Notes: generated by a model not told the origin, from the letters alone. A stretch of 64,000 nucleotides of DNA from Paraspadella gotoi (GCA_051294375.1 CM119266.1:14302755-14366754), one strand, 5' to 3'; counted from the first letter of the stretch, positions 41,088-55,758 are shown. Numbers and translations are program-made.

Positions 41088-41443
41088 AAAGATGGCGACA
41101 ACTGTTTCTTTGCTTAATAAATAATGTCAATAAACAACACAAGCCTCGTTTTCGAAAAACTAAAATGGCTGCCTGCATGAATTTTCCTATATCCCTCATC
41201 AAACAAAAAAAATCCCGATATTGCTTTTTCTCTAGCGAGCTCGTCTATATAAGTTATTTTTAAAAAATCCGTGACAGCGTAAAAGTGAAAGAGCGAGAGA
41301 GAGAAAGAGAGAAAGAGAGATAGAGACAGGGAGGTAGAGAGAGTGAAAGAGCCTTTCTATTATTTTTTGTCAAAAGGACGTAACGATATTGAATAAGATG
41401 GAAAGGCCATTGTTGAGTTGAGGCAACAATTCGATTAGGAGTC

Positions 41444-41541
<98 letters not shown>

Positions 41542-42929
41542 GGGATTTGGGGCGGGAGAGGGTGAGCGCATGGAATCTGAGGGCGAGGGTGAGTTCGCTG
41601 CAAAGGGCGAAGGGTCGGAGTGGGTCGGAGATTACGAGTTCGTTGTCATAGAAACGGAAGGGAAAATAAAAGAGTCTCCGTTTCTCCGTCGGGAAAATCC
41701 TGATCCGATTAAGAAAACAAAGTCTGAAGACGCGAACGACGACGACGACGGCGACGATAAATCGAATCAAAAGCCGATAGCGGCGCCTCTGGCGGAGAGA
41801 GATCGACGACAACGACGACGACGACGTCGACGACGAAAGGTTCATGGCTAAAAAAAAANNNNNNNNNNNNNNNNNNNNNNNNNNNNNNNNNNNNNNNNNN
41901 NNNNNNNNNNNNNNNNNNNNNNNNNNNNNNNNNNNNNNNNNNNNNNNNNNNNNNNNNNNNNNNNNNNNNNNNNNNNNNNNNNNNNNNNNNNNNNNNNNNN
42001 NNNNNNNNNNNNNNNNNNNNNNNNNNNNNNNNNNNNNNNNNNNNNNNNNNNNNNNNNNNNNNNNNNNNNNNNNNNNNNNNNNNNNNNNNNNNNNNNNNNN
42101 NNNNNNNNNNCGTCTTTCTCGTCGTCGTCTTTCTCGTCGTCGTTGGTCGTCGGTTTCGTCGTCGTACATTTTCTTCATTTCAAATTTTGAAAAAAAAATG
42201 TGTAAGAGATAACCAAAAAATACATAAATTTATTTATAAATTTATAATTTTTTCCCCCTCCGCTCCTCTTCTTCCTCCTCATTCTCCTCCTCTTCCTCCT
42301 CTATTCGTCCGATTGCTCTTTTATTTAAATTTATAAATATATTTATTTATAATTTTATTGATAAAAAAGTAGCTGACAACCGATGATATCGTTAAAGTGT
42401 TAAAGGACCAACGTTTTAGGGTTCTTTTTTAACACCTTCACACTCGTACCTCGTCCCCCGAAAGAATTAAAGAAAAATCTTTTCTTCTCTAAAACTGATC
42501 TTTTCCTGGTTTCCTTGAGTGCTTCTTAAGAGGCTATCGCTGCGGCGACGACGACGATAACGACGACGACGACCCGCGTGATAGTCTAAACAAAGTCATG
42601 GGAAATCTTTCTTATCCGACTCTCGCGAGCTGGTAACTTCTTTTCAGTGATTCCTATGGAATTTGTGAAAACCATTTCTCACCAAAAATGATTTTCTCTT
42701 GGTCTGGATTTCCTTTAAAAAAAAGAGAGAAGAAACTTTGATTCGCTGAAAAATTATCGTCGAAACTTGCGACTCCTCATCTTCGTCCTTTTTTAACTTT
42801 TTTTCTTTCTTTTTCTTTTATTCTTTTTCATTTTCTTTTAATCATCATCTCATCTTTTCTCCCGGGTCCTTTTTTTTTCGCGCGCGGTTATTCATTCGCT
42901 GGGGGGGAGAGCTTTTTTTCGGTACTAAT

Positions 42930-42969
<40 letters not shown>

Positions 42970-44353
42970 GGCGGTGACGTCGTAAAAACGTCCGTAGCGG
43001 ATGTCACCCTCATTTGTCACGCCCACGGCGGTTACGGCAGCCACGGCGGCGACGACGTCGAAATTAGTTCACAAATTTTTTCCCCCCGAATCTGGACGAT
43101 GATAGTAAAAAAAAAATGTTTATGAAAGCGATCCTCGTTTTTTATCATAGCGATGTCTAATTTTTTTGGTAATATTTCGTGGAGAAAGGAATGTCGGTGA
43201 CGTCNNNNNNNNNNNNNNNNNNNNNNNNNNNNNNNNNNNNNNNNNNNNNNNNNNNNNNNNNNNNNNNNNNNNNNNNNNNNNNNNNNNNNNNNNNNNNNNN
43301 NNNNNNNNNNNNNNNNNNNNNNNNNNNNNNNNNNNNNNNNNNNNNNNNNNNNNNNNNNNNNNNNNNNNNNNNNNNNNNNNNNNNNNNNNNNNNNNNNNNN
43401 NNNNNNNNNNNNNNNNNNNNNNNNNNNNNNNNNNNNNNNNNNNNNNNNNNNNNNNNNNNNNNNNNNNNNNNNNNNNNNNNNNNNNNNNNNNNNNNNNNNN
43501 NNNNNNNNNNNNNNNNNNNNNNNNNNNNNNNNNNNNNNNNNNNNNNNNNNNNNNNNNNNNNGGGGCATTGGTGGTTGATGGCGGCGACGAAGATTTCAAG
43601 ATGATCGTCGCTCTCTTTTTTTTTCGCGAGATGGCGTCGGTAGAAGAGGCAATTGAAGCGTGAGAGTGGCGATTCGAAAAGTGGCGTTCAATAAAGAGAG
43701 TGGCAAGTCGATAAGTGGTGAACCATTGAAAGAAAGAGACAGAGCGGGAAGAGAGAAGAGAGAGGGGGAGCGAGAAAAAGTCAAAAGTATTCAGTTCCGC
43801 CCGGCATAAGCTCCATCACAACTACTGTAAAAGAATATTCAATTATTTTTCGATTCAATGTTTAAATATCGACCCCTAATAATAGTAAAAATCAAGGAAT
43901 TAGCCAAAGTGTGGGAGTTTAGGTAGGTTAGAGAAAGGTAGTAGTAGGATAAACTTCCGCGGAAAAAAAAAAACCCAAAATAGAATGAAGAAATCTCGGT
44001 TGGGAAATTGGAAGATAACCAGTCGCGGCTTCCAGTGGCCGGTGGCGTCTGTTTGAGATTCGGAGTCGCTAAACAGTTGACTTGCGGAGAAAATCGAGGC
44101 TGACNNNNNNNNNNNNNNNNNNNNNNNNNNNNNNNNNNNNNNNNNNNNNNNNNNNNNNNNNNNNNNNNNNNNNNNNNNNNNNNNNNNNNNNNNNNNNNNN
44201 NNNNNNNNNNNNNNNNNNNNNNNNNNNNNNNNNNNNNNNNNNNNNNNNNNNNNNNNNNNNNNNNNNNNNNNNNNNNNNNNNNNNNNNNNNNNNNNNNNNN
44301 NNNNNNNNNNNNNNNNNNNNNNNNNNNNNNNNNNNNNNNNNNNNNNNNNNNNN

Positions 44354-44387
<34 letters not shown>

Positions 44388-45899
44388 GAAGATGATGATG
44401 ATCATTTTGATAACGACTATGATGAAGATGGGGATGATAACCGTACAATACCGTTATTAAAAGGCAAAGTTACCCCGAGATTCAAAAATTTTCTTTCCCT
44501 AAGAATTTTCATTGTTGACGTTTATTCGAGACTTCGTTGTTTCAGCTTCGGTTTAAAACTACGTTGACTTTATGATGATGACGACGACGACTAGAACGTC
44601 GACGACGACGATAATGACGACGAGGATCGAGCCGAGTAAAAAAAAAGGCGATCTGGAACTTAGATATGGAAACCGTTGAACTCGTGCCAGCTGATGGAAT
44701 CTCCGATTCTCGGTTGCATTTAACGACGTCGAATGCCAATCTCTCTCTCTCTCTCTCTCTNNNNNNNNNNNNNNNNNNNNNNNNNNNNNNNNNNNNNNNN
44801 NNNNNNNNNNNNNNNNNNNNNNNNNNNNNNNNNNNNNNNNNNNNNNNNNNNNNNNNNNNNNNNNNNNNNNNNNNNNNNNNNNNNNNNNNNNNNNNNNNNN
44901 NNNNNNNNNNNNNNNNNNNNNNNNNNNNNNNNNNNNNNNNNNNNNNNNNNNNNNNNNNNNNNNNNNNNNNNNNNNNNNNNNNNNNNNNNNNNNNNNNNNN
45001 NNNNNNNNNNNNNNNNNNNNNNNNNNNNNNNNNNNNNNNNNNNNNNNNNNNNNNNNNNNNNNNNNNNNNNNNNNNNNNNNNNNNNNNNNNNNNNNNNNNN
45101 NNNNNNNNNNNNNNNNNNNNNNNNNNNNNNNNNNNNNNNNNNNNNNNNNNNNNNNNNNNNNNNNNNNNNNNNNNNNNNNNNNNNNNNNNNNNNNNNNNNN
45201 NNNNNNNNNNNNNNNNNNNNNNNNNNNNNNNNNNNNNNNNNNNNNNNNNNNNNNNNNNNNNNNNNNNNNNNNNNNNNNNNNNNNNNNNNNNNNNNNNNNN
45301 NNNNNNNNNNNNNNNNNNNNNNNNNNNNNNNNNNNNNNNNNNNNNNNNNNNNNNNNNNNNNNNNNNNNNNNNNNNNNNNNNNNNNNNNNNNNNNNNNNNN
45401 NNNNNNNNNNNNNNNNNNNNNNNNNNNNNNNNNNNNNNNNNNNNNNNNNNNNNNNNNNNNNNNNNNNNNNNNNNNNNNNNNNNNNNNNNNNNNNNNNNNN
45501 NNNNNNNNNNNNNNNNNNNNNNNNNNNNNNNNNNNNNNNNNNNNNNNNNNNNNNNNNNNNNNNNNNNNNNNNNNNNNNNNNNNNNNNNNNNNNNNNNNNN
45601 NNNNNNNNNNNNNNNNNNNNNNNNNNNNNNNNNNNNNNNNNNNNNNNNNNNNNNNNNNNNNNNNNNNNNNNNNNNNNNNNNNNNNNNNNNNNNNNNNNNN
45701 NAAGAATTTAATAAAAATTGATAAATTGTAAAAAAGGATGATAGAAGTGGACGAAAACATAAAATTTTAAAATTATCCTCAAGCTCACGATTCAAACTCG
45801 TTCGCATTTATGGCAAATCGATTGAGCCAAGCGCATGACACTCCCGCAAGTCACGCCCATGCTACGCCCAGCCACGCCCTAATTGCCACGCCTTTTGCC

Positions 45900-46895
45900 A
45901 CGCCTTTTGCCACGCCCAGTGCCATTTCTCGATTAGCGCCATGAATGAAAACTGTGATTCTCACATATGACCGTCCAAGTCAAGTGTGTCCACAAATAAT
46001 GAAGTCGTCCTGGCGTTCTGATGGGCGTGTCTTTATACGGAATTTGGGCGTGTCCTTGCACGGAATGACCGGGCGCTTTCATGACAATCTATGCACAATC
46101 AAATTTACACCGACCAGCTCAATAAAGATTGTAGAGGGATTTTCACCTTTGTTCGTTTCACTTGCTACTCATCTTTGACCCTAACGGAAAATCAACCGCA
46201 ATTTTTTAAACCATCCAGTTTTAATTTGAAACAAAATGCAATTTTTTTCTCTCTTAATATTTTCCTCCCATCCTCTAGTACCCAAAACCTGACTCCCTTT
46301 ATTTTACTCCCATCCTCGCGACCAAATTCGAGCGCAGATTCCGCAGATAGAAATCTTTACAAGTCACCAAATCCTCCACAGTCTTCGCAGCTGAGGCGCG
46401 CGCGCGCTCCGCAGTCGCCGCTGCCGACGCGGCGGCGGCCCCGCGACGATCTGATACCGAAGCAGCGGCGGCTGCGGGTCGGCGGCGGCGGCGGCGGGCA
46501 CGGGGCTCGGATGGGGGAGCGCCCAGTCCGTGAAAAGGTTTCCTGAAGGGAACTTTGAAAGGAAAGACGAAAGACATTCGAGACTTAATTTCCGAATGTG
46601 GACCTGGGATGAAAGAGGGGGGGCGGGAAGAAGGTTGAGAGGATAGTGTATAAATAGGGATCTGAGAGGAATTTTGAGTCCAGGAGAGCCGGTTTGGGTG
46701 AGATGATGGTACCCAGGTTACGGGGGTGGAATGATGTTCGACGGCCCTTGGGTTGAGTGTGGTCTGAAAGTGGAAAAAAACCCTGAGAATGTGAAGCGGA
46801 AGAGAAAGGGATTTAGAAAGTCTGAAAACTGAGGATGAAAATAAGCGGAAAGGAATGTTAGAATTAAAAGTCCTGAATGAAGCGGAGAGAGATGG

Positions 46896-46944
<49 letters not shown>

Positions 46945-48206
46945 AGAGAGAGAGAGAAGAGAGAGAGAAGAGAAGAGAGAGAGAGAGTCTAAAGAGAGAG
47001 AGATTCTTTGTTAACCTTACGATTTAACGTTTAAACTAAAAAGAAACGAAAATTTTTTTTCCTTCCAATTTCGGATAATTTTTACTGGAAATTTTTTTGG
47101 ATCACTATTAAATTAATTTTAATTCAATCTTCCGAATTTCAAGCGTTGAAATAATTTTCACGTATTGGGTCGTTGTTAGTAACACGCGCCGTCGGCGGTC
47201 GTGTCTGAGCCGTTCGCTCTCACTATAGTTTCTCTTTCTGATTTTTCTCTCCTCAAGTTTCGTCACATTTTTTTGTTCTTCTGCGTTGAATCTATCTCTA
47301 CTCTATTTCTTATATCTCTATCCTCTCCTCTCGATTCCTCATTTTTCCGATTCAGCATTCAAGACGCTGAAAACTTTAATTAAAAAATGAATTTCATTAT
47401 GAAAAAACGAAAGGAAGGGAATCGACGGTGACGCCGCGGCACCGGCGGCGGCTGAGGCTGCGGCTGCGGCGTACTCCAGCGGCCGGCGTCGCTGTCGCAG
47501 GGTAAGGTGCTTTCAAGAAACAATCTCAACCGAGAATCGGTAATTATCGAGTAAAGATTTATCATTTCTAAGGCGTATGAGGAAGAAGGAGGAAAGGAGA
47601 GAGAAGAGAGAGGAGAAGAGAGAGAAGAGAGAAGAGAGAGAGAGAGGGAGAGAGAAGAGAGAAGAAGAGAAGAGAGAAAGAGAGAGAGATGTCGGTGAGT
47701 GTTAGGAAGATGTAACTATCAGTAAATGTTACGAACAGAATAGTGGAAATATAAAAGCCTAGATGAAATTTATAAAAAGGATCGTTTCGAAAGATCGTAC
47801 GATCTGTTGTGCTCACGCCACTTGTTTTCGTCGGCATAATTTTTCCTTCAAATGATTCAAAAAAAAGAATATTACATTAATCTTCACATCTCCTTTTTCT
47901 CTTCTCCGCTTTCTCCTTTCCTCCTTTCCTGGTTGCGTGATTAATCAAATCTTTTTCTCAACTCGTGAATGTGAAAAATGGCGGCGGGAAAGGACGATAA
48001 CGGGATCCTGGAGATGTGAGGCGGCGTGGCCGCGCGTGCGGTCGGCGGCGGCTGGGCCGGCGGCGGCCGCGGCTGCAGCGGCTGAAGCTCTGTCGTTGTC
48101 ATCGTCGTTCTCTAGCAACGCCACCAGGTGCGACAGTCTCTGCCTCCGCCATCTTCCTTTTCGTGGTGGCGTTCGTGCCAGGTTACCCCATCTTTCTTCC
48201 TCTCTC

Positions 48207-48237
<31 letters not shown>

Positions 48238-50316
48238 CCTCTCCTCTCTCTCTCTCTCTCTCACTCATCTCTCTCCACAGATAGCAGCACCATCACCTCA
48301 TCTTAATTGATCGCCCATGGGTTCTCGTTTCTTCTTTTCTCGAACTTTGTTCGTCCTCTCGTTTGCCTGGAAAACAGAACGCAATTTCCGCCAGAACAAT
48401 TTCTCCCGACGGAAAATGGGGTCCGCGATGCGCGTCGTATTGGTTGTCCTCGTGTCGTATCAGCTCGAACGGTTTACGTCGTGAAGTTTATAAATTGCTC
48501 TAATCACATTTTGTGATATCGCGGCATCGTTCCTCTGTGGCTTCCCTTCGTTTTTTTTACGAGACAATGAAATACAAAAAAAATAGTAATGATAACTGAC
48601 ATTAACACATTAACGAATAGACAAGACAACGATAAACATTATGCCGACCACGACGGACAGGGGCAGTAAAACAAGAACAGACAGGGAATGCTGACAAAGA
48701 AACAGCTATAAAGACATCGACGAACGACGATGAGTTGACTACGGACGGACACGGACGATGACACAAAAAAGAGACGACGATGAAGATGAATGAAGATGAG
48801 TTTCTATTGAGACAGAGGAGAGAAGCTCTCCACAAACTGGCACCCTGTGGAAGGAGGAGAAGAAGAGGAAGAGAGAGGAGGAGGAGGAAAGGGGAGGATT
48901 AAAATGGGACAAAGAGACGCATGTCATGCACAGAACCCCCATGTGGTTGGGCTAAAGCCCGGCGCCACCTTCGCCCGTCCCGACGGCCCCCGGACGGTGA
49001 TGAGGTGGGAAGGAGAGGAAAATGCTTTCCGGTTGTTTCTGCTTCTGGGCGGCCGGGCGGGCAAGCGGGCGGCGGCGGCGGGCGGCGTGGGCCGGCGGGC
49101 GGCGTATGGAATATGCGAAGGCGAGATCGAGAAACGGCGTCTCTTCGCCTCGTCCTCTCTTTTAACATCTGCTTCACTCATTAATAGTCTCTCTGTTCTA
49201 TCTCTTATTCCACTTTCTTTTTCCTACCTCCTTCCTTTCTTCCCAACCTCTTTTTTCGAATACCTCCAACTGTGATATTCACTTTCTCTATTTTCTTTCT
49301 CTTTTTCTCTTTTCTTCTTCTCGCGTAATCGTTTTCATGTCTTTTCTTATTCTGTAGCTCAACGTCCTTTTGGCAAAAATCTTCTCTGCTGCCACTTCTT
49401 TCTTCATCCCTCTCATATTTTCTCTCTTTTATTTCTCTTCTCCTCTCCTCTCCTCTAACTCTCTCCTCCTCTCTCTCGACTCTCTCCCTCTCGTCTCCTC
49501 CCTCCTCAGCGTTTTTTCTACTTCTTCTCTTCTCTCTACCATTTTCTTCTCTTCCTTTTTATTTCCCCTCCCTTATTGCTTTTTCTCTCTTCTCGTCTTC
49601 TTCGTCTTTTCTCTTCTCATCTCCTCTTCTCTCTTTCCTTGTTTCTTTCTCTCTTTCTTCTCTCTCTCTTTTCTCTCTGTCTCTTCTCTATATTTTCCTT
49701 CTGCTCCCTCTTCTCTCTCTCTCTCTCTCCTCTCTTCTCTCTCTTCTCTCCTCTCCTCTCTCATCCCTTTCCAACTCCTCCACTTTTCTTCTCTCCTTTG
49801 TCATCTTATATCCCCTCTTCCTGCCAACCCTTCGCTCCTATGAAATCCGGGACGTCGTTAGTCCGGTGAAACTGCCTTCAATCATCAACAAATTGGTCAT
49901 CCCGAGTCTCTGCTCTCTCGCACACGCGCGTTGCGCAGAGCTGCACGCTCCGGATACTGACGTTCCCTTCTCTTCTCTTCTCTCTCCTCTCTCTCTCTCG
50001 TCTCTCTTCTCTCTCTCCTCTCTCTCTCTCTAGTTGCTTCTCCTCTTTTATTCATCTCTCTCTCTTCTCTCTCGGTGACAGTGACAATGTTGATCCTTTG
50101 CTTTCGGCCGCGTTATTCGCTTGCTTCCGCTTGAAATTCGGTGTAGCCGGGTCGGTCGGCCATCTTTGTCGTGTGTCGTCGTCGTCTGCACGTCGACGCG
50201 TTGCGCGATTTCAACCACACGCGAGCTTTCGTTGGCCGGCGCCCGTCTCGCGTGTACCTGAGACCCTTAAAACCCGCGAAGCGTGGCAGAAAAGAACACA
50301 GACAGATATCCTTAAT

Positions 50317-50357
<41 letters not shown>

Positions 50358-50585
50358 TTTTTTTTTTTTTTTTTCGTTTCGTCTCTCTCTCTTCTTCTCT
50401 CTCCTCTCCTTCTCGTCTCCTCTCTCTTCCGTCTCTCTCTCCTCTCCTCTTTTATTCCTCCCCTTTTATGTTCTCTCTTTTAATCTGTCTTTATCATCGA
50501 AGATTCACCTCGTTAAAAAATTCTTCTCTCTCTCCCTCACTACATCTTTTTCTCTGTTTCAATTGCTTTTTTTTGGCGGGTGAGC
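45900..50585 (+). repeat. Block G, copy 1 (direct copy at ~53418-58064)
   Basis: Collinear over ~4.7 kb. 46501-47033 appears identical to 54043-54575, and 50271-50585 to 57750-58064. The rest differs by small indels. Confidence 0.92.
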
Positions 50586-51239
50586 NNNNNNNNNNNNNNN
50601 NNNNNNNNNNGGGGGAAGAAGGTTGAGGGAGGATATGGTTATAAATAGGGGATCTGAGAGGAAATTTTGAAGTCCGAGGAGACCGTTTTGGGTGAGATGT
50701 TGGGTGGACCCAGGTTTGACGGGAGGGTGGAATGATGTTCGACGGCCTTGGTGGTTGAGGTGGTTGGCTGAAAGTGGAAAAACCCACCCGAGGAATGTTG
50801 AAGCGGGGAGAGAAAGGGATTTAGCGAAAGTCTGGAAAACTGAGGATGAAATGAGCGGAAAGGAATGTTAGATTAAAGTCTTGAATGAGCGGAGAGAGTC
50901 GAACGCTCAATCATTTTCCTAATACTTCTCAAGCGAGTAGCCTTCGTTCACAATGATAAGTCGCGAGTCGGCTTTTAGTCGCCGCGAAGTTGGGGATCAA
51001 GGCGCGAGTGTTTTTGCACAGCTAAGAACCACGAAGCCTCCGAAAAACGCATTTATGCGTATTGTCAGTATAGTTAAAGTGTGGGATTCTTGTCAAAGCA
51101 ATAATCCTCGATTCAAGCTATGGGAGAGTTGGTAAGTTTAAATGTTACTTGATTTGCCGAAATGTAAGTTACTCTCGGGACTTAATGTTTTTGATTCATT
51201 AATCATTATCTAGGTAAATTGCGTGGATTAATTGTCGGA

Positions 51240-52715
51240 GGGATAGTGACTGACGATGAGGAAACAGAATTGGTAGAAGAATGGGAAGGCCGAAAAGGCC
51301 GACTACGGCAATCGCTCTAAAGCCTATCATCAATCGGGCGAATATCAAGCTTCCTGAGAGACATAAAAAAGTACTTTTAACTGTTGGTTTTTAATTTGGC
51401 CGCTTCACCCGTCTCTCCTATTACCTTTAATTATTTTCTTTCGTTTACGCGAACTGGCAACAAACGAGAATCCACCACGTAGTTCCTCGACGAGCATCAA
51501 AAGCATCCGCCAGTGAAAGCAACGCAGACTTCTAAAAGTGGCTTCCTTATTCTGCCGTTGACGACTGGACTACGGATAACTGCGGTTTCTCATCAGCACT
51601 CTGCATCAGAAGATATTCCTCGCATCATGCTGTCTCGTCTAACGAGGTTTTTCACTCTGCGAAATTATTAAAAATGGGCATCTTCGAATTATGGTTTACT
51701 ACAGACTTTTTGCAATTTTTTTTTTGTACAGATTTCAGAAATTTGGTCCCTGATGCGCGTTCTGGTTGGTTCCAGACGCAGAAGGATGGAATATCCTAAA
51801 ACGTAGGTTCAGAGCTCAGTATGCATCAGCAAAACTGGAAAAGAGATTGCGAACAGGTTGTTTGCTCTCATTCAGTTTTGTGTTTAATTGGTCACCTCGT
51901 TGCTTTTTGCTATAAATCGTTTTTCTGGATTTGTAATAGATTTTTTTTGACATTATCTTTTGAGTGCCAAGGGACAAAGTTGCGGCCTGTTATTTTGCTA
52001 GTTCAGAACTTTTGGATCTGAGACTGTAGTCCGCCAGCTACAGGCGGGTTGATCTCCCCGTACCGCTTACAAGGTGACAGACGCACGACATGCGCCGCCG
52101 CTTTTAATACAAAATCGTTGATTTTCAAACTTATACAGATTTTTGTTTAATCTGAAAGATTTTTTTTGTAGTAAATAACCTAATATTTATTTATTCATTT
52201 TATATTGATTGGTTATTTATGAATAAGGCTAATTTGATAATATTACGTATTTTTTAATATATGCATCTCTCATCATTACTTTAGTTTTTTCTGTCTATAA
52301 AATCAATTAAAGTTATATCACAGATTGAAGTGAAAAAAAAGGATTTTAAACAATGAAGACAGCGAATTTTGAAGGCAACTTTCTACCTACGCAGCATCAT
52401 TGCCGAGTCAAACATTCAAGAAAAAGATTTGGATTATATAAAATAAAATAGATTTGATGGTGCATTTCCTACAAGGGAAACAGAGTTGAGAGCAGAACAG
52501 ACTGTCGATATCATGACCTACAATATATTATAATAAGTAAATTATATTAATTTAAATATAAATAAAATATTAATTGAATAATAAGATTAAATTAATTGTT
52601 AATTAATTTAAAACAGATTAAAGGATAATTAATATTCAGGATCGCTATGTTCATAGCAATTGAGTGTCCTAAAAGAATTAGAGATCTCAAACAACGAGTT
52701 AAAAATTTTTAATGA
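51240..52715 (+). pseudogene. Disrupted multi-exon gene fragment, Myb/SANT(MADF)-like plus BESS-like
   Basis: Exon-like blocks with AG/GT ends (..51646, 51732-51856, 52324-~52536) separated by AT-rich introns. Manual translation through frameshifts gives DDWTTDNCGFLISTLHQ, GWNILKRRFRAQYASAKLEKRLR and EDSEF*RQLSTYAASLPSQTFKKKIWII*NKIDLMVHFLQ. Family assignment is by eye only. Confidence 0.35.
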
Positions 52716-53417
52716 TGTTTTTAAGTTTTAACATTTTTATCATAAACATACCAAAATAACTTCTCTAAGATATTATTCGCCTCATCGGCAGGGCAGAAGT
52801 CCCGTCACTAGTCGTAAGCATGTCGTTTTCGGTTCTAGCCTATCGTCTTCTAATGGGAGCTTATATTGCAATCATGGCTTCTGAAGTGTGTAGATATCTT
52901 GTGATCACAAGACGTTGAATTGTCATGGAATTGATGGCTTCGTAATACATAAAAGGTATCTGTTATTAAATTCTCAATGTTTTCATATGAAATCCGGGCT
53001 AAAATGATGTTGTCTTATCATGTTTATTTACAAAACAAAGAACGCTCCTAAATTTATATTGCTCTGACGCTCTCTCTTTCTTCTTTTCCTCCGTCACTGC
53101 TTCTGTCTTTCTAAAAAGAGTTCGCGCTCTCAGCCGTCTGTTCCAGCCCTTCTTTCCTCTCTCTCGTCTCTCTTCTTCTCTTTTTTTTTTACAAAAAAAG
53201 TTTTTAGATATAATTGGGTTCACTAATTGTAAAAATGCGCGTACAGGGGCGAACGACAGGTCACTTTAGTAGAAAAAGTCACGCACGTGCGGGCGCCATA
53301 AGTATGCTGTACAGGCCACGCTTCTCAACGATAAAATGTGGGGCCCTGTAGAGACTCCTGCTCTTGTCTTCCCTTTTTTTAAATTAGTTATTTGCCGTAT
53401 CGTATTCGTCTCTTTCT

Positions 53418-54437
53418 CGCGCCTTTTTGCCATCGCCCGCAGTGCATTTCTCGATTTAGCGCGCATGAATGAAAACTGTCAGATTCTCACGATATGACCG
53501 GTCCAAGGTCAGAGTGTTCACAAAGATAATTGAAGAATCGTTCCTGCGCGTCTGTGGGTACGTGTATTTATACGGTATTTTGGCGGTGTCTTGCACGGAA
53601 TGACCGGAGCGCTTTCATGACAATCTAGACAATCAAATTTACACTCGACCAGCTCAATATAACGATCGTAGAGGGAATTTTTCGAGATCCATTTGTTCGT
53701 TTTCTCTTGCTACTCATCTTTGACCTAACGGAAAATCAAAACCGCAATTTTTTTAAACCTATCCAGTTTAATTATGAAGACAAAATGCTAGATTTTTTTC
53801 TCCTCGTTAATATTTCCTCCCATCCTCAGACCCAAAACCTGACTCCCTTTATTTACTCCATCCTCGCGACCAAATTCGAGCGCAGATTCGCAATAGAAAT
53901 CTTTACAAGTCACCAATCCCTCACAGTCCTCGGCCTAGGCGCGCGCGCTCCGCAGTCGCCCTGCCGACGCGGCGGCGGCCCCGCACGATCTGAATACCGA
54001 GCACGGCGGCTGCGGGTCGGCGGCGGGCTGGGCGGCGGCGGACGGGGCTCGGATGGGGGAGCGCCCAGTCCGTGAAAAGGTTTCCTGAAGGGAACTTTGA
54101 AAGGAAAGACGAAAGACATTCGAGACTTAATTTCCGAATGTGGACCTGGGATGAAAGAGGGGGGGCGGGAAGAAGGTTGAGAGGATAGTGTATAAATAGG
54201 GATCTGAGAGGAATTTTGAGTCCAGGAGAGCCGGTTTGGGTGAGATGATGGTACCCAGGTTACGGGGGTGGAATGATGTTCGACGGCCCTTGGGTTGAGT
54301 GTGGTCTGAAAGTGGAAAAAAACCCTGAGAATGTGAAGCGGAAGAGAAAGGGATTTAGAAAGTCTGAAAACTGAGGATGAAAATAAGCGGAAAGGAATGT
54401 TAGAATTAAAAGTCCTGAATGAAGCGGAGAGAGATGG

Positions 54438-54486
<49 letters not shown>

Positions 54487-55170
54487 AGAGAGAGAGAGAA
54501 GAGAGAGAGAAGAGAAGAGAGAGAGAGAGTCTAAAGAGAGAGAGATTCTTTGTTAACCTTACGATTTAACGTTTANNNNNNNNNNNNNNNNNNNNNNNNN
54601 GTTTAACTTTAACTAAAAAGAAAGCGAAAAATTTTTTTCGCTTTCATTTCGATAATTTTTACTGGAATTTTTGATCACATGTAATATTAATATTTTAATC
54701 AAATCTTCCGATTTCAAGCGTTTGAAATAATTTTCACGTGATTGGTGCTCGTTGTTAGTAACCGCCCAGTCGGCGGTCGTTCTCCGAGCCGTTCGCTCTC
54801 ACTATAGTTTCTCTTTTCTCTTTTTCTCTCTCAAGTTTGTCACAATTTTTTTTTCCTTCTGCGTTGAATCTTTATCTCTATCTCTATTTTCTTTATCTCT
54901 ATCTCTCTCTTCGATTCCTCGATTTTTCCGATTCACATTCAGACGCTGAAAACTTTAATTAAAAATGAATTTCATTATGAAAAAACGAAAGGAGGGAATC
55001 GACGGTGACGCCGCGGCAGCCGGCGGCGGCTTCGGCTGCGGCTGCGGCGACTCCAGCGGCCGGCGTCGCTGTTCGCGAGGGTAAGGTGCTTTCAGAACAT
55101 CTCAACCGAGAATCGCGTAATTATTCGAGTAAAGATTTATCATTTCTAGCGTATGAGGAAGAAGGAGGAA

Positions 55171-55263
<93 letters not shown>

Positions 55264-55597
55264 TGTCGGTGAGTGTTAGGAAGATGTTAACTATTCAGTA
55301 AATGTTACAACAGAATAGTGGAAATCTAACCCTGATGAAATTTTATAAAAAGGATGCGTTTTCGAAAGATCGACGGATCTGTTGTGCCACGCCCACTTTG
55401 TTTTCGTCGGCATTATTTTTCCTTCAAATGATTCAAAAAAAAAAAGAAATTACATTATCTTCACTATCTCCTTCTTTCTCTTCTTCCGCTTTCTCCTTTC
55501 CTCCTTTCCTGGTTGCGGTGATTAATCAATCTTTTCCTCAACTCGTGAATGTGAAAAATGGCGGCGGAGGACGATGAACGGGATCCTGGAGATGTGA

Positions 55598-55639
<42 letters not shown>

Positions 55640-55758
55640 TGCAGCGGCTGAAGCTCTGGTCGTTGTCATCGTCGTCTCTAGCTAACGCCCACCAGGTGCG
55701 ACAGTCTCTGCCTCCGCCATCTTCCTTTTTCGTGGTTGGCGTTCGTCCAGGTTACCCC

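Noticed and set aside
45975-46660. Tinman/NK2-type TCAAGTG and MEF2/TATA-like GTATAAATAG as a cardiac enhancer
   Set aside because: Isolated short matches are expected by chance in 64 kb, and no conservation data are available.
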